The notes under the pieces: model-generated
The model's input: only the letters and a program-made list of their open reading frames with translations
What the model was told of the DNA's origin: nothing
Databases searched by the model: none
Part shown: positions 19,497 to 30,041 of the stretch, one piece after another
How positions within the stretch are numbered: position 1 is the first letter of the stretch
Layout: the number at the start of each line of letters is the position of its first letter
Virus record (IMG/VR): IMGVR_UViG_2974499353_000001
Span: 104,721 to 157,013 of that record
Length of the DNA stretch: 52,293 nucleotides
Source: a virus
Taxonomy: Duplodnaviria; Heunggongvirae; Uroviricota; Caudoviricetes; Ackermannviridae
Reading direction: 5' to 3' (one strand)
Position numbers and translations under genes: made by a program

Positions 19497-21593
19497 TTAA
19501 AGTGTGTATGTTACATAACTTCCATCTGGTTTTTTAGCAAGCAACCTCAATGCTCCGTCACTTCCGAAGAAGAATCCTATAGATGAATTATGTTCCAGAG
19601 CGCTCTCTGGTAATTGTAAAGGGGCAGCAGGTATACTCATATGCTTAAAGCCTAAGCGGTTAAGCTGAAACTCACCTACACGTACACCCTCCTGAATTGC
19701 CGAAAGCTTGACAATACTTGCCTCACCCCCTGGTGTAGCAACCTGGCAATCTGCCGTCATAAGCAAAGATGGGTTTGTAGTACCACCCATAGCAGGTTGC
19801 ATTGCAAGTGTCATTTGGTTGGCACTATGCTGAACATTGATATTACCTCCCTGAATATCGCTTATATAGGTACATAGTAATTTCTTAGTACCGGAACCAG
19901 CACAGGAAACATTACTTACTTCTGAAGACGGAGCGTATATAGCGTAACCTTGTGTAGTATATGCATGGATGTTAATACCACGAAGTCTACTACCTCCCTC
20001 ACAGGTAAGCTGATTTAGGTTAGTTAAATCCTTATTCGCACCTACTACAGTAATGTTAGTAATATCATTGTTAGTACCCCTATCGAAGACGCCTTCCTTA
20101 TGGGCCTCATAAGTAACAACATTATCAATAATATTTTTCTGACCATCCCACCAAGCACCAATCCCCATACAATCACGAGTAATAATATTACGGATGATAT
20201 GTTGAGTAGGTAGGTGGAACCATGGATACTCTGCGAGTGAGTAGTCATCCACACGTTCAGTTGGCGACCCTGTGTCAGCATTAACATCAATACCATCATA
20301 GTAACACTGGATTGTAGTTATATTGTCGAACACTAAACGGTAGTTCCTGGCTGAACGACCTCCAATTTCGTTCTGATAGGTTTTAATACCTGATTCTCCA
20401 ACACGGTATGAGATTAAATCCCTTACTCCACCATCATGGTCTGTACCACCATCATTGCGAATGAACAGTACAGCGGAACCAGAGCCATATTTTATCTCAC
20501 CCCCAACAACCCAGTTGCCAGTACCCCATGCAGTTGTATGATGGTTCTCAAATGTAATGCCCGATTCCAAAGCAATAAAATTGCGTGGATTCTTAACAAG
20601 AATCCTATTACATAAAGTAAATAGATAACCACCAAATGTAGCTTCTGGGTTCTCTACGATGATATTATCGCCGCTCATTATTCGCAAAGTAGCACCAGCA
20701 ACCTGATTTTTTACATTATCAGGAAGGTCGTCCCAAATATCTAAATCGTTAATATTTGGCTTATATCCAACATCCAAACGCTGCTGAACAGATGCCAGAA
20801 CTTGTGTTGGGTCTGTAACCCAATTACCGTTTGCATCGAATCGGTAAACAGTATACGGCGTAGTTTTAGTATGCATGTGCGGTTTCTTAATTACTGAGCC
20901 CGCACCCAAACCATTCCAAACCAACATACCATCGCCAATGAATTTTCCTTTGCATTCAATGATTAAAACTTTACCGCTAAAATCTACATTCTCATCTGCA
21001 GTAAAAGTGTAGTCAACATCAATAAGCAATCCATCTACGGCTGCTGTCGCTGCATCCTGTAATGTAGAATAATCAGATAACTTTACTGAATATTTGAATT
21101 TCTTATTAGCTTCCTGCCTAAATGCAGCATCACCAACACTAACCCAAGCACCTAAACCAACGCCACCAGTTGATGCTGGAGTTGAACCAGCAGGAACAAC
21201 TTTAGGTAATGCACCATCCCATCGATATTTTTCATCATCGTGAACAAGAAGTTCATTTTTCACATTAATAGTATGGCCGAAATTAAAAGAACCAGGTAAA
21301 GTCACATATTCTTCGCGGCTTACTGCTAATTCCCCGAGATCAACAGAGCCAGAAGAATGAGTAAGGATGGCTTGTTCGTTCAGACTTATCGCAGTCGTTC
21401 CTGAAACAATACCTGAAGGAAGAGAATAAGCCCGTTGGGTAGACTCATCATAAATTACTTTAAATCCGCTGAGATCAATACCGACAGTGAAATAAATGAC
21501 TTCGTCTTCTTTGACACCGAAATTTCGAGCGATAGATTGTTTGTTAACTTCTATGGAAGTGGAGCCGCGTGGTTGATTGAATTGAGAAATCAT
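19497..21593 (-). CDS. tsp3: Tailspike TSP3 (698 aa), Det7/P22-type endorhamnosidase
   Basis: KKFKYSVKLSDY..LQDAATAAVDGLLID as in P22 TSP; RLGFKHM..P..P near C-terminus. Confidence 0.9.
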   Translation of the reverse strand: MISQFNQPRGSTSIEVNKQSIARNFGVKEDEVIYFTVGIDLSGFKVIYDESTQRAYSLPSGIVSGTTAISLNEQAILTHSSGSVDLGELAVSREEYVTLPGSFNFGHTINVKNELLVHDDEKYRWDGALPKVVPAGSTPASTGGVGLGAWVSVGDAAFRQEANKKFKYSVKLSDYSTLQDAATAAVDGLLIDVDYTFTADENVDFSGKVLIIECKGKFIGDGMLVWNGLGAGSVIKKPHMHTKTTPYTVYRFDANGNWVTDPTQVLASVQQRLDVGYKPNINDLDIWDDLPDNVKNQVAGATLRIMSGDNIIVENPEATFGGYLFTLCNRILVKNPRNFIALESGITFENHHTTAWGTGNWVVGGEIKYGSGSAVLFIRNDGGTDHDGGVRDLISYRVGESGIKTYQNEIGGRSARNYRLVFDNITTIQCYYDGIDVNADTGSPTERVDDYSLAEYPWFHLPTQHIIRNIITRDCMGIGAWWDGQKNIIDNVVTYEAHKEGVFDRGTNNDITNITVVGANKDLTNLNQLTCEGGSRLRGINIHAYTTQGYAIYAPSSEVSNVSCAGSGTKKLLCTYISDIQGGNINVQHSANQMTLAMQPAMGGTTNPSLLMTADCQVATPGGEASIVKLSAIQEGVRVGEFQLNRLGFKHMSIPAAPLQLPESALEHNSSIGFFFGSDGALRLLAKKPDGSYVTYTL

Positions 21594-21596
21594 GAT

Positions 21597-21695
21597 AATA
21601 CCCCATAAAGGATGACCAATATGGGGTATTTAGTCTGAATTAACAAAATTTTATAAACATGGATATAATAAGAACCCCGCCGAAGCGGGGTTTTT
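21597..21695. repeat. Intergenic cassette copy 2: tsp4 terminator plus tsp3 late promoter and hairpin
   Basis: CCCCGC-TTCG-GCGGGG terminator (21670-21695); CTAAATA 21627-21633; hairpin arms 21597-21607 and 21620-21630. Confidence 0.85.
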
Positions 21696-21696
21696 A

Positions 21697-24600
21697 CTAT
21701 GATGTAAATTTCATTGCATCCCATGTTGTACCATTATGTCGATACCCGAAAATATTTGATGCCCCAGCAATAACATCATATCTGTCACCAGACGCATTAC
21801 CAAAAGGCCTGTCAGGAACAGAAGTTGTGTCAGTTGCTAAAATGCCTTTAAACCACCATCCATTCTGGGTGTTTGGTTTGTATTTGTAAAATTGTTTAAC
21901 ATATGGTTGAGTTGGCGAGTCAACATTAATTTGCCCATGAATACCAGCGTATCCGTATAAAGGTTCACTGGTATTCACATCACTGTATACATCAATGTTG
22001 AAGTAGTAATCCTGTACGGATAGTGGAGCTATCCCAAGCGCTGGATGCATCCATCTATCTGTTTTAATATCAGCAGTGAATTGCACAACACCAACAGTCA
22101 CTCCTGCTGCTTGTTGCAATAAACCCAGGACACCACCAAACTGACATTTTGTCATATTCCATTTAATATGCATTTCATCAAGGTGAACAAGATAATCGTT
22201 GGCAAATTTATTGGTAAACCTTATGGCTGTGTTGTCTGATAATTGAGGTGAACCGTTGGTCCCGCAAGAGACAAAAGAGTCATTGCTGTTGAAAGTAGCA
22301 CCTGTTTTTTGTTTACCCAAGCGAACACACCCCCAAAAACCTGAGAAAGTGTTATTTTCACTAACAACTTCTTTGAAATAGTCCAGGTCATAAGCAACGT
22401 TTGCAGCTTTTTGTTCAGTTGTCCAATCTGCGGCTCTGTTTTTTTGCAATATGTTATTATTTGCAGAGTAAATAATTGCATTAATAGTGGTTGGGTCAGA
22501 TGACAAAACAGACGGCTGCTGTGTTGTGAATGCCGCAGTATTAGGATACCCGATAACTTGCTTTTCTGATCGTAGCGTTACAGTATTACCAATAAATCTG
22601 GCAACAGTTGTAACGTTAGGTACGGTATCCAGAACCAAAGCACTACCTGCGTCCTCACAGACGTTATTTGTGAAGGTGACTATAGATGTCGATGTAGCAC
22701 CGTCGTTAGCCTTCAGGAATGGGTAGCGAGCTTTTTTGGTGATGCATCCATCAACGATCCCATTACCATGACACTCAAATACCGTACACATGTCTGACAT
22801 GGTTGGCTGGATACATTTAACGTTATTTATAACGTAGCCATCGGAATGAATTCTTATTGATGAGTGGTCTATTAGGTTACTGTTTCCAGTCACAGCGTCA
22901 GCAACGCGATAGAAGTTGCAATTCTCTACACGCGTATTGTAGCTGTTGAACGCTGCCTGAGCTTCCTGGAATACCATTACGTTTGCACCAGGAGCATTCT
23001 TGACGTTAACTCCAGAAACAGTCACACCATTACTACCTTCGTAACAAGCTACTGCTGGACAATGAGCTTGTGCTCCAGACCAGTTCAATGGCGGGACAAG
23101 GTTATTGTCACCATTTTCATCAATTAGCATATCGTGGACATATGCGTTCTGAATTTCACGAATACCATCACCGAAAACTACAAAGCCTTTAGTGCCCCCG
23201 TTTTCCTTATTGCGCTCAACAACACCATCGGCAACATACAGTAACGTTGCGTCGCCATCGCCGATGAAAGTAACGTTGTTGCGAAGAAAAATCATAACTT
23301 CCTGATTACGATAAATAGTCAGACCATGCGCCGTGCCTTCCACAAGAGTCGTTTTATCCAACAGATAAGTGCCAGCAGGAACCATGACAACTTGCTGGGA
23401 TCCGAATAGTTCCGCACGTTTCTCCGCATGATAACCTGCGAGGTTTATAGCATCGACCGCGTCTACACCGATCTTATCTGCGATAGAATAGTTGTTATCA
23501 GCACCCCAGTTTGTAACAGACTGCCAATCATAATCTGTTAAATATCCAACACAGTAAAAATCGGGATAGTCTGGAACAGTTCCCGGCGCTACTGTATAAC
23601 CACCACTTTGTATAGCACCATATTTAACCCAGAAAAGACCACTTGAATCAACAAGAGCTTGCTCGTTGGTGGTTAAAACTGAACCTTGCAAGAAAGACCC
23701 AAACTTCTCGAATTTACTATTGATATAATTATTAGCTACCCACTGGCGGGCAGTGGCATCACCAACACTCAACCACGCTCCCGAACCTACACCACCAGTT
23801 GTCGCTGGTGTTGAGCCAGCAGCTACAGTTTTAGGAAGTGTACCATCCCAACGATACTTTCCATCAGTATGGGTGAGTAATTCATTTTTAGTATTGATGA
23901 CAGCACCAGAATCAAATGTCCCAGCCAAGGTAACATATTCTTCACGAGATACAGCTAATGCGCCCAGATCAACACTACCAGCAGAATGTACAAGCACAGC
24001 CGAAGAACTAAGGCTGACTGCCGTGGTTCCAGTCGGTAACTCTGGAATAAAATATGATCTCTGTGTTATTTTATCGTAGATAACTTTATACCCGCTTAAC
24101 ACAGCACCAACACTAAAATAAACGACCTCTGTATCTTTAACATTGGTTACACGAGCCACTTCCCGCAAAGTATAATCAATTTGATTATAGATGTTTGGCG
24201 TTCCATTGATAATTACAACAACTTCATCCTCTGCATCCAGTTCTTGCGCAAGAGTGATTTTACTGGTTAATGGATCGAATGTGAACCCCAGATTTTTATA
24301 CTGGCGACTTCCGTTTATATCAATGGCCGGAACATCATCAACAACGACGTCTAACGTGATTTCGGTTTCACCGCCAATCGCTGAACCCCCATTATAGACC
24401 CAAGTAATCGTAGAAGAACTAGAATCACCGCCATTACCCAATTGAATAGGAGTATATTCAATCACCTGAAGTTCTGTGCTGGCTGGCAAAGAAGGACTGA
24501 AAGTGATTACATTCCCATCTAGTGAATATTTGGATTCCGCAAGACGTTTTCCGTCAGCATACACGTCCACGATTGTTGGTGGAGTATTGAGAGTGACAGC

Positions 24601-25200
24601 ACTTGTTTCAGACGCCAAAATTTGTGTAAAGATTTCACGACTGTAGACACGGCCTTGGCCAAGACCGACGCCGGATGTGATAACCCAACCTTGTTCAGGT
24701 CCAGACCAAGTGAACGTTGCTGATACGTTATCAGTTGTTATAGCCATGTCTTCAGTGGAGCCATACAAATTATTTCCAGAAGGAGACACGGTCAATGGGT
24801 AAGTGGCAAATTTCCCATAAGCATCACAAATAGTAACGGAATCCCCAATACGCGTAGGGGGAGGGAGAACCACTGTAGATGCCCCTGTGGTATTATTAAT
24901 GAGATAGCCACGACCTTCTAACAAATTGCTAGAGGGAGCGTGAGGGAGCGTTTCCCAGCGTATTCCACCACCCCCCAAAGACAACCAACCACCGTTTTCG
25001 TAATAACCTTCAAATTCATCACTATCAGGATTGTAACGCACAGAAGATGGAAGACCTGTAACTTCAGTATCTTCAGGAAATGTCATTACGGCACCAGGGG
25101 AATGCTCAATAGTGCCGGAGTTGTTGAAGCCTTTTATGTTCGAAGACTCAGAAGTTTCTAAACCCAAAGGGAAAAGAGGCTGTGTTGGTTTGTTGGCCAT
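21697..25200 (-). CDS. tsp4: Tailspike TSP4 (1167 aa), baseplate-anchoring hub spike
   Basis: MANKPTQPLFPLGLE anchor, Gly linker, XD domains, shared TD domains, C-terminal beta-helix. Confidence 0.9.
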   Translation of the reverse strand: MANKPTQPLFPLGLETSESSNIKGFNNSGTIEHSPGAVMTFPEDTEVTGLPSSVRYNPDSDEFEGYYENGGWLSLGGGGIRWETLPHAPSSNLLEGRGYLINNTTGASTVVLPPPTRIGDSVTICDAYGKFATYPLTVSPSGNNLYGSTEDMAITTDNVSATFTWSGPEQGWVITSGVGLGQGRVYSREIFTQILASETSAVTLNTPPTIVDVYADGKRLAESKYSLDGNVITFSPSLPASTELQVIEYTPIQLGNGGDSSSSTITWVYNGGSAIGGETEITLDVVVDDVPAIDINGSRQYKNLGFTFDPLTSKITLAQELDAEDEVVVIINGTPNIYNQIDYTLREVARVTNVKDTEVVYFSVGAVLSGYKVIYDKITQRSYFIPELPTGTTAVSLSSSAVLVHSAGSVDLGALAVSREEYVTLAGTFDSGAVINTKNELLTHTDGKYRWDGTLPKTVAAGSTPATTGGVGSGAWLSVGDATARQWVANNYINSKFEKFGSFLQGSVLTTNEQALVDSSGLFWVKYGAIQSGGYTVAPGTVPDYPDFYCVGYLTDYDWQSVTNWGADNNYSIADKIGVDAVDAINLAGYHAEKRAELFGSQQVVMVPAGTYLLDKTTLVEGTAHGLTIYRNQEVMIFLRNNVTFIGDGDATLLYVADGVVERNKENGGTKGFVVFGDGIREIQNAYVHDMLIDENGDNNLVPPLNWSGAQAHCPAVACYEGSNGVTVSGVNVKNAPGANVMVFQEAQAAFNSYNTRVENCNFYRVADAVTGNSNLIDHSSIRIHSDGYVINNVKCIQPTMSDMCTVFECHGNGIVDGCITKKARYPFLKANDGATSTSIVTFTNNVCEDAGSALVLDTVPNVTTVARFIGNTVTLRSEKQVIGYPNTAAFTTQQPSVLSSDPTTINAIIYSANNNILQKNRAADWTTEQKAANVAYDLDYFKEVVSENNTFSGFWGCVRLGKQKTGATFNSNDSFVSCGTNGSPQLSDNTAIRFTNKFANDYLVHLDEMHIKWNMTKCQFGGVLGLLQQAAGVTVGVVQFTADIKTDRWMHPALGIAPLSVQDYYFNIDVYSDVNTSEPLYGYAGIHGQINVDSPTQPYVKQFYKYKPNTQNGWWFKGILATDTTSVPDRPFGNASGDRYDVIAGASNIFGYRHNGTTWDAMKFTS

Positions 25201-25204
25201 TTGT

Positions 25205-25244
25205 AATACCCCTAAATGTATTCATGTCATCTAGGGGTATTTAG
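25205..25244 (-). promoter_or_regulatory. Late promoter with anti-SD hairpin (tsp4)
   Basis: CTAAATACCCCTA...TAGGGGTATT-ACAA-ATG. Confidence 0.75.
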
Positions 25245-25246
25245 TT

Positions 25247-26437
25247 TTAGAAAGAAGCTGCAATAGAATAATCGACAGAACAAGCGGTTGTTGTATTCGC
25301 ATTAACAACGGAAATTCTCAATTTACCACCCACCACAGCCCCTGTGAACGTCACTGTACCACTCGTACTTTTCTGAACCAACAACTCTGATTTGATCGTT
25401 CCGTCACGAGTTATGGTTACTCGATATGTGTCAACAACGTTACCCGTCCCCCATTGCGCAGTTACCAGTATTTGACAAAGGTTCACCAAATCAAAATCTG
25501 GAAGAGCCGTCGTTCCAGAAGCCGAAACCGTGTATGACGACAAGTTTGTTTTTGTGCGATAAACTGCGTTCCCTAAACTGTTATCAATTGTGGTCATTTT
25601 GGCATTATACGTTGATACATCGACCTTACCAGTCGTGAGAGAACTGATACTGCCGTCCAAGGAAGTCATCTTCGTATTATATGTGCTGACCTCGACTTTA
25701 TTACCCAGAGACGTGTTGATATTGGAGATACTCAAATCCAACGACGCCATCTTAGTGTTGTAAGTCGAGGTGTTGACTTTCCCGTTCAACGACGTGTTGA
25801 TGTTATTAATTTGAGACTCTAAACTCAGCATATCTGCATCATACGCTGTCGTTGTCACATATCCATTAAATCGGTTATCTGCAAACAACGCATCAAAAAA
25901 TGCAGTCATTGCCCAATAACGCGCTCCAGAATCTGTTTGTACTGGAACTGAAGTCGGCAACGTTGGTCCGGTATACGCAGACAATCTGGTGAAATCCAAA
26001 TTGAATTTGTAATATCCGGATGTCAACAACTCCCCAGCCAAACCAGAACCAGGCGGGGTAGTGTCTTCACTGACGCCATGCTTTCTCAACATGCTCAGGT
26101 TAACACCATCTGTCGAGTTCGTTGGTTCATCTGTGATTGAAACGGATTTTCCAGCAGGGACTTGTATACCCCCATTGGTCACCAACAAAGCATTGAAAGT
26201 CTTTTTGCCATTGATTGTTTGTTCACCACTATCTGTCCGAATAACTTTGTTGGTCAGAGTATCATTGATTGTGTCAACAGATCTTTTCAACTCATAAGTC
26301 AGACGAGCAGAAGGCGGAAACAATGGGTCACTGACTTCAAAATCATCAATGACGTCGTTTTTACTTACTTTGTCGTCAACAGAACCCAATATCTGATCTA
26401 TCTGCTGACCTGTATATTGACTCAGGAAATCGGCCAT
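25247..26437 (-). CDS. Putative fibre/baseplate protein with internal coiled-coil repeats
   Basis: GEQTINGKKTF fibre motif; 24-27 aa repeats KV..STYN.KM..LD.SI. Confidence 0.7.
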   Translation of the reverse strand: MADFLSQYTGQQIDQILGSVDDKVSKNDVIDDFEVSDPLFPPSARLTYELKRSVDTINDTLTNKVIRTDSGEQTINGKKTFNALLVTNGGIQVPAGKSVSITDEPTNSTDGVNLSMLRKHGVSEDTTPPGSGLAGELLTSGYYKFNLDFTRLSAYTGPTLPTSVPVQTDSGARYWAMTAFFDALFADNRFNGYVTTTAYDADMLSLESQINNINTSLNGKVNTSTYNTKMASLDLSISNINTSLGNKVEVSTYNTKMTSLDGSISSLTTGKVDVSTYNAKMTTIDNSLGNAVYRTKTNLSSYTVSASGTTALPDFDLVNLCQILVTAQWGTGNVVDTYRVTITRDGTIKSELLVQKSTSGTVTFTGAVVGGKLRISVVNANTTTACSVDYSIAASF

Positions 26438-26439
26438 TT

Positions 26440-27294
26440 TTAGCTCCTTGTGCTTTCTAGGAATACAGTAAATCCAGCAGGATGGAAATGCTGACGGAAG
26501 ACGCGCTCAAATACGCCTTCAAAATCAGATACGTCGCCTGGGACTCCTATAACATAAGTGTATTCATCATAATAGTAATCATCACGCATCCCTGTCGTGC
26601 CGTCACATTCAAAATTTCCGTCCAGACCGCCTATGTCTTCTTTCGTAAAATAGACGCTGACTGGACAACCAAAATATATCCAAAAGAACAATTCAATCGC
26701 TTTCTTTGTTCCACGTATTTTATAGATGTGTTTCAACAATTTCAACCAACGCGGATGATCCAGAGTTCTCCGTTTCGTTCCTTCGATATAAACAGAGAAC
26801 GTATCGCCCGTGGCCGTCAATAAAGAATCCGAACCGACTGGGATAAAATGTCCAAATTCTTGAAATGATTTATCAACAGTTCGTTGGAAACCAAAATCAT
26901 TATACCAGTCATCTATCTGTTTGTTCTTATCTTCTATTGACAGTAGCGGCCTTCCGTCGGAATCTAAAAGTTCTTCGGCATCCAGAGCCATCATGTTCTC
27001 AAAGGTACGAACCAAGAATTTATCAGACAAATAATCCTTGGCCTCTGAGCCTGGGGTCTTGTCAGCCTTTAAATCAATCAGCTGCTTAACTGGAGAATCT
27101 TCACTCTCAGGATTCATCCAACTAGACGTATCTGCCAGATATGCCAAGATCTCTTCTTGAGTGAACCCCTGCTGTCTATACAGCCAATTGAAGAACGTGT
27201 CCATAAATTCTATGAACAGAGGGAAATCATTCTGGTAGAACAACGGGGTTTCATACTTAACCCCGTTGTGTCCATTATTAAGATCTTTGGACAT
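26440..27294 (-). CDS. Baseplate wedge subunit, gp7-like
   Basis: FPLFIEFM..FF.WL, KHIYKIRGT..AIELFF, HPAG motif; follows gp6. Confidence 0.75.
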   Translation of the reverse strand: MSKDLNNGHNGVKYETPLFYQNDFPLFIEFMDTFFNWLYRQQGFTQEEILAYLADTSSWMNPESEDSPVKQLIDLKADKTPGSEAKDYLSDKFLVRTFENMMALDAEELLDSDGRPLLSIEDKNKQIDDWYNDFGFQRTVDKSFQEFGHFIPVGSDSLLTATGDTFSVYIEGTKRRTLDHPRWLKLLKHIYKIRGTKKAIELFFWIYFGCPVSVYFTKEDIGGLDGNFECDGTTGMRDDYYYDEYTYVIGVPGDVSDFEGVFERVFRQHFHPAGFTVFLESTRS

Positions 27295-29059
27295 AGCGCA
27301 CCTCTGGCGTAACAACCACATCACCAATCTTGAATACTTGGTTTTGTGTAGCCTGTATGTTCTGGTTCAGTCCATCCGGTAACACGACTATGGTCACCCC
27401 TTCAGGGTTATAGTTAGAGACCGTGATCTGCTGAAGGTCCACAACCCCATTTGCATAATCCACAACCCCTGTTTTTTGAACTAAAAACTCTTTTGTCGTG
27501 TCATTGTTATTCACTTTATACATGTTCAGATCGCCATTATCGTCGCGCATGTAGTAAGTGAAATCCACCTCGGCAGGAAGCGGTTTGAACCCCGTTATTT
27601 TCACAGAACCAGGTTTGATACTTCGTCCATAACTGAATGTGAAACTGTCTAAGACTCCATAATCAGGTTTAAAATGGCGTTTATAACCAACTGAAGTAAT
27701 ATTCGAGTTGATAGAACGTTCCATTTTTGTAATTGCTTCCTGCAATATTTCTTTGTCAAACAATTGGTCAAATCCGCCGAGATTATTTTCACCCCATTTA
27801 ACGATACTGTTTCCAACAACAACTTTCATCTGTTCTTCAACGTAGACTGTAGAAGTAGGATCCCAAAATATAGTCGTTGAGACTTGGATATATGTGATCT
27901 CGGAGTCTACTACTTTGGGGGTAATAGATCCCACATTATACTTGTCCAGAGCAGCAACGATATCGGCCTTCTCAGCGTCCGAAAGTGTCTCACCAACAGA
28001 AGGTATAACAGCGATGTAAACATAGCCAGAATCAGGAGGAGACAGCGTGTCACCACCATATGATTTAGCTCGGGAGACGTTGGAGAATAACCTTTCAGTC
28101 AATACACCATAATCTGTTTCTGTAACCGCCGCACCATCAGCCTGATAAGCTAAAGGAGCCAACCGTTTAGTGTCCTCAATAGATTCTGGATCGTCTCCAC
28201 CTGCGCTACGTTCGGAAACCAATTCTACGTCGACCTGGTTAAACCCGCCTATGGATGACGCTGATGACAGGCTTGTAATATCATTCCCATCAGCACCAGA
28301 AGTTTCTAAGTATTGAAGGAATATGACGTTCCCATCTTCTACTCGACGCGAAAGATAACCATCTCCGAATTCAAACACATACAGACCATCAATACCCAAT
28401 TCTACGAAATACAGGTAGGCATATTGGCTCAGATCAAATGGACTGTTGTAACGTTGATATGTCGTCGAAACGTCGGAAGACTCTGATTCTTGTACTTGCA
28501 CGACCATATGATTGATATCGACATTCCCAGAAGGAATCGTATATGTTGAAATCGCGCTTCCTTCAACATCATATGTCTTGTACAACCAATTCCCCTGTAC
28601 CAACTTTACATTGTTGAACATGTAATAACCGTCTGCAGTCAACGTTGCCGACACTGGTTTCTCAACAGTAAAGTTGTAGGAACTGCCGTCTTTTGCCCCA
28701 ACGAACATTACGCGCCGATCCATGATGATCTCATTGGGGGCTGTGCTGGCGTCATAAGGCGTAACTTTGATGTTGACATACATGTATGCTGCCCGATAGT
28801 TGTCAGGCGTGTAGGAAAGAAATGCAGCAGATAAACCGACGTTTGAACGTTGATTTGCTGTCTTCAAATGGCCTTCACCATTAAGCATGTTTTGCATAAA
28901 GGCTATGGCGTTCGCGTCAGATGCCAACAAACGAATAATCGCACTAAGACCAGAACCTTCAAAGTCATAATCTTTAAAGGTGGGATCAGCTTTCATTCGC
29001 TGTTTAATAATGTATTCAAATGCTCTGACGTCGAGTGAAGGAACTGTTTGCGTGGCCAT
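27278..29059 (-). CDS. gp6: Baseplate wedge subunit
   Basis: FKDYDFEGSGLS, FGDG..S, GG.DPESIE..K.LAP, AVT..DY; start MATQTV. Confidence 0.92.
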   Translation of the reverse strand: MATQTVPSLDVRAFEYIIKQRMKADPTFKDYDFEGSGLSAIIRLLASDANAIAFMQNMLNGEGHLKTANQRSNVGLSAAFLSYTPDNYRAAYMYVNIKVTPYDASTAPNEIIMDRRVMFVGAKDGSSYNFTVEKPVSATLTADGYYMFNNVKLVQGNWLYKTYDVEGSAISTYTIPSGNVDINHMVVQVQESESSDVSTTYQRYNSPFDLSQYAYLYFVELGIDGLYVFEFGDGYLSRRVEDGNVIFLQYLETSGADGNDITSLSSASSIGGFNQVDVELVSERSAGGDDPESIEDTKRLAPLAYQADGAAVTETDYGVLTERLFSNVSRAKSYGGDTLSPPDSGYVYIAVIPSVGETLSDAEKADIVAALDKYNVGSITPKVVDSEITYIQVSTTIFWDPTSTVYVEEQMKVVVGNSIVKWGENNLGGFDQLFDKEILQEAITKMERSINSNITSVGYKRHFKPDYGVLDSFTFSYGRSIKPGSVKITGFKPLPAEVDFTYYMRDDNGDLNMYKVNNNDTTKEFLVQKTGVVDYANGVVDLQQITVSNYNPEGVTIVVLPDGLNQNIQATQNQVFKIGDVVVTPEVRYVQRS

Positions 29060-29063
29060 GATA

Positions 29064-29106
29064 ATCTCCATCACCTGAGTTTGAATATGGTGTTGAAGAT
29101 ATTTAG
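29064..29106 (-). promoter_or_regulatory. Late promoter with anti-SD hairpin (gp6)
   Basis: CTAAATATCTTCA.CACC...GGTG.TGGAGAT. Confidence 0.6.
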
Positions 29107-29350
29107 CCAACGGGAATCAAAACGCTCGCGCGCGTTTAATTTATTCGAATATACTCGCGAGGGGGCTGACGCCCTCGCTCGTAACACCGCCTTGACAGGC
29201 AGTCCCATTCCACAGCCATGGAGGCTGCTTCTCGTTGTTCGTTAACACTCACAACTCGAAGGGCACCGCGTTAAGATACAGTTTCTTGATGTTGTAGAAA
29301 AGTAGTTTTTACCTATTAATAAATCACGCTCCTATTTTGTTGGCCTTTAA

Positions 29351-29376
29351 TTCAATAACACTTGTACGAATATAAT
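29351..29376 (+). promoter_or_regulatory. TTCAAT-N14-TATAAT early/middle promoter
   Basis: Exact motif with 14-nt spacer; recalled as conserved in ViI-like phages. Confidence 0.75.
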
Positions 29377-29411
29377 AGTCTGGACAAACAACCGTTATCA
29401 AGGAACCTCTC

Positions 29412-29984
29412 ATGCATATCAACACTGCTGTATTAAAACATATCATCCCTTTGTTAGAAAAATATGAAGGGAAAGTAATGTCTGAAGTGCCATTTGAGAA
29501 AATTCGCACCGAAATAAAGCGTCTGACAAATAAAGATGTCAATTACCGTCGTGTACTTTCTTCTGGGGTAGAACTTGCAAAGTCTGACTTCAAAACATCT
29601 TCGACATTCTCTTTTAATATCGATGCCACTGCGACACTAATGGGTGAATTAATGCAGTCAACACAATCTCGCCGTGACCGCTTTCGTCATTTATGTGTTG
29701 CTAATGATTTACCGATCACCCGCGTTGGAATCAAATTGGAGGCAATCCGTTCTGACACTTGCTTCACGATAAATTATATTGTCGAGCCAGGCTCTCAACA
29801 CATTTATTTTGCCGCCGTGATCGGTTTCTACGGCACCTCCATCAATGGGTGGGCTGAGCGCGTTGAATTAAAAGAGACACTGAACAAACACAGCACTCCT
29901 TCCACTCATTATATGTCACAGGCCGCCGCCCGTGAATATGTGTATCTGATTGAGCGCGATGTGAAGTTAAAAGTGGTAAAATAA
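29412..29984 (+). CDS. Hypothetical protein (190 aa)
   Basis: Own promoter, SD AAGGA, long ORF. Confidence 0.75.
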   Translation: MHINTAVLKHIIPLLEKYEGKVMSEVPFEKIRTEIKRLTNKDVNYRRVLSSGVELAKSDFKTSSTFSFNIDATATLMGELMQSTQSRRDRFRHLCVANDLPITRVGIKLEAIRSDTCFTINYIVEPGSQHIYFAAVIGFYGTSINGWAERVELKETLNKHSTPSTHYMSQAAAREYVYLIERDVKLKVVK

Positions 29985-30041
29985 CGCTTTATTCAATAAA
30001 TAATTGTAGTAAAGTTAGTTGCATGGAAGGGAGGGAACACT

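Noticed and set aside
29987-30015. TTTATTCAATAAA quasi-palindrome (also near 39313) as a TTCAAT promoter
   Set aside because: No -10 hexamer at 14-nt spacing at either site; may be an operator or a variant but unsupported
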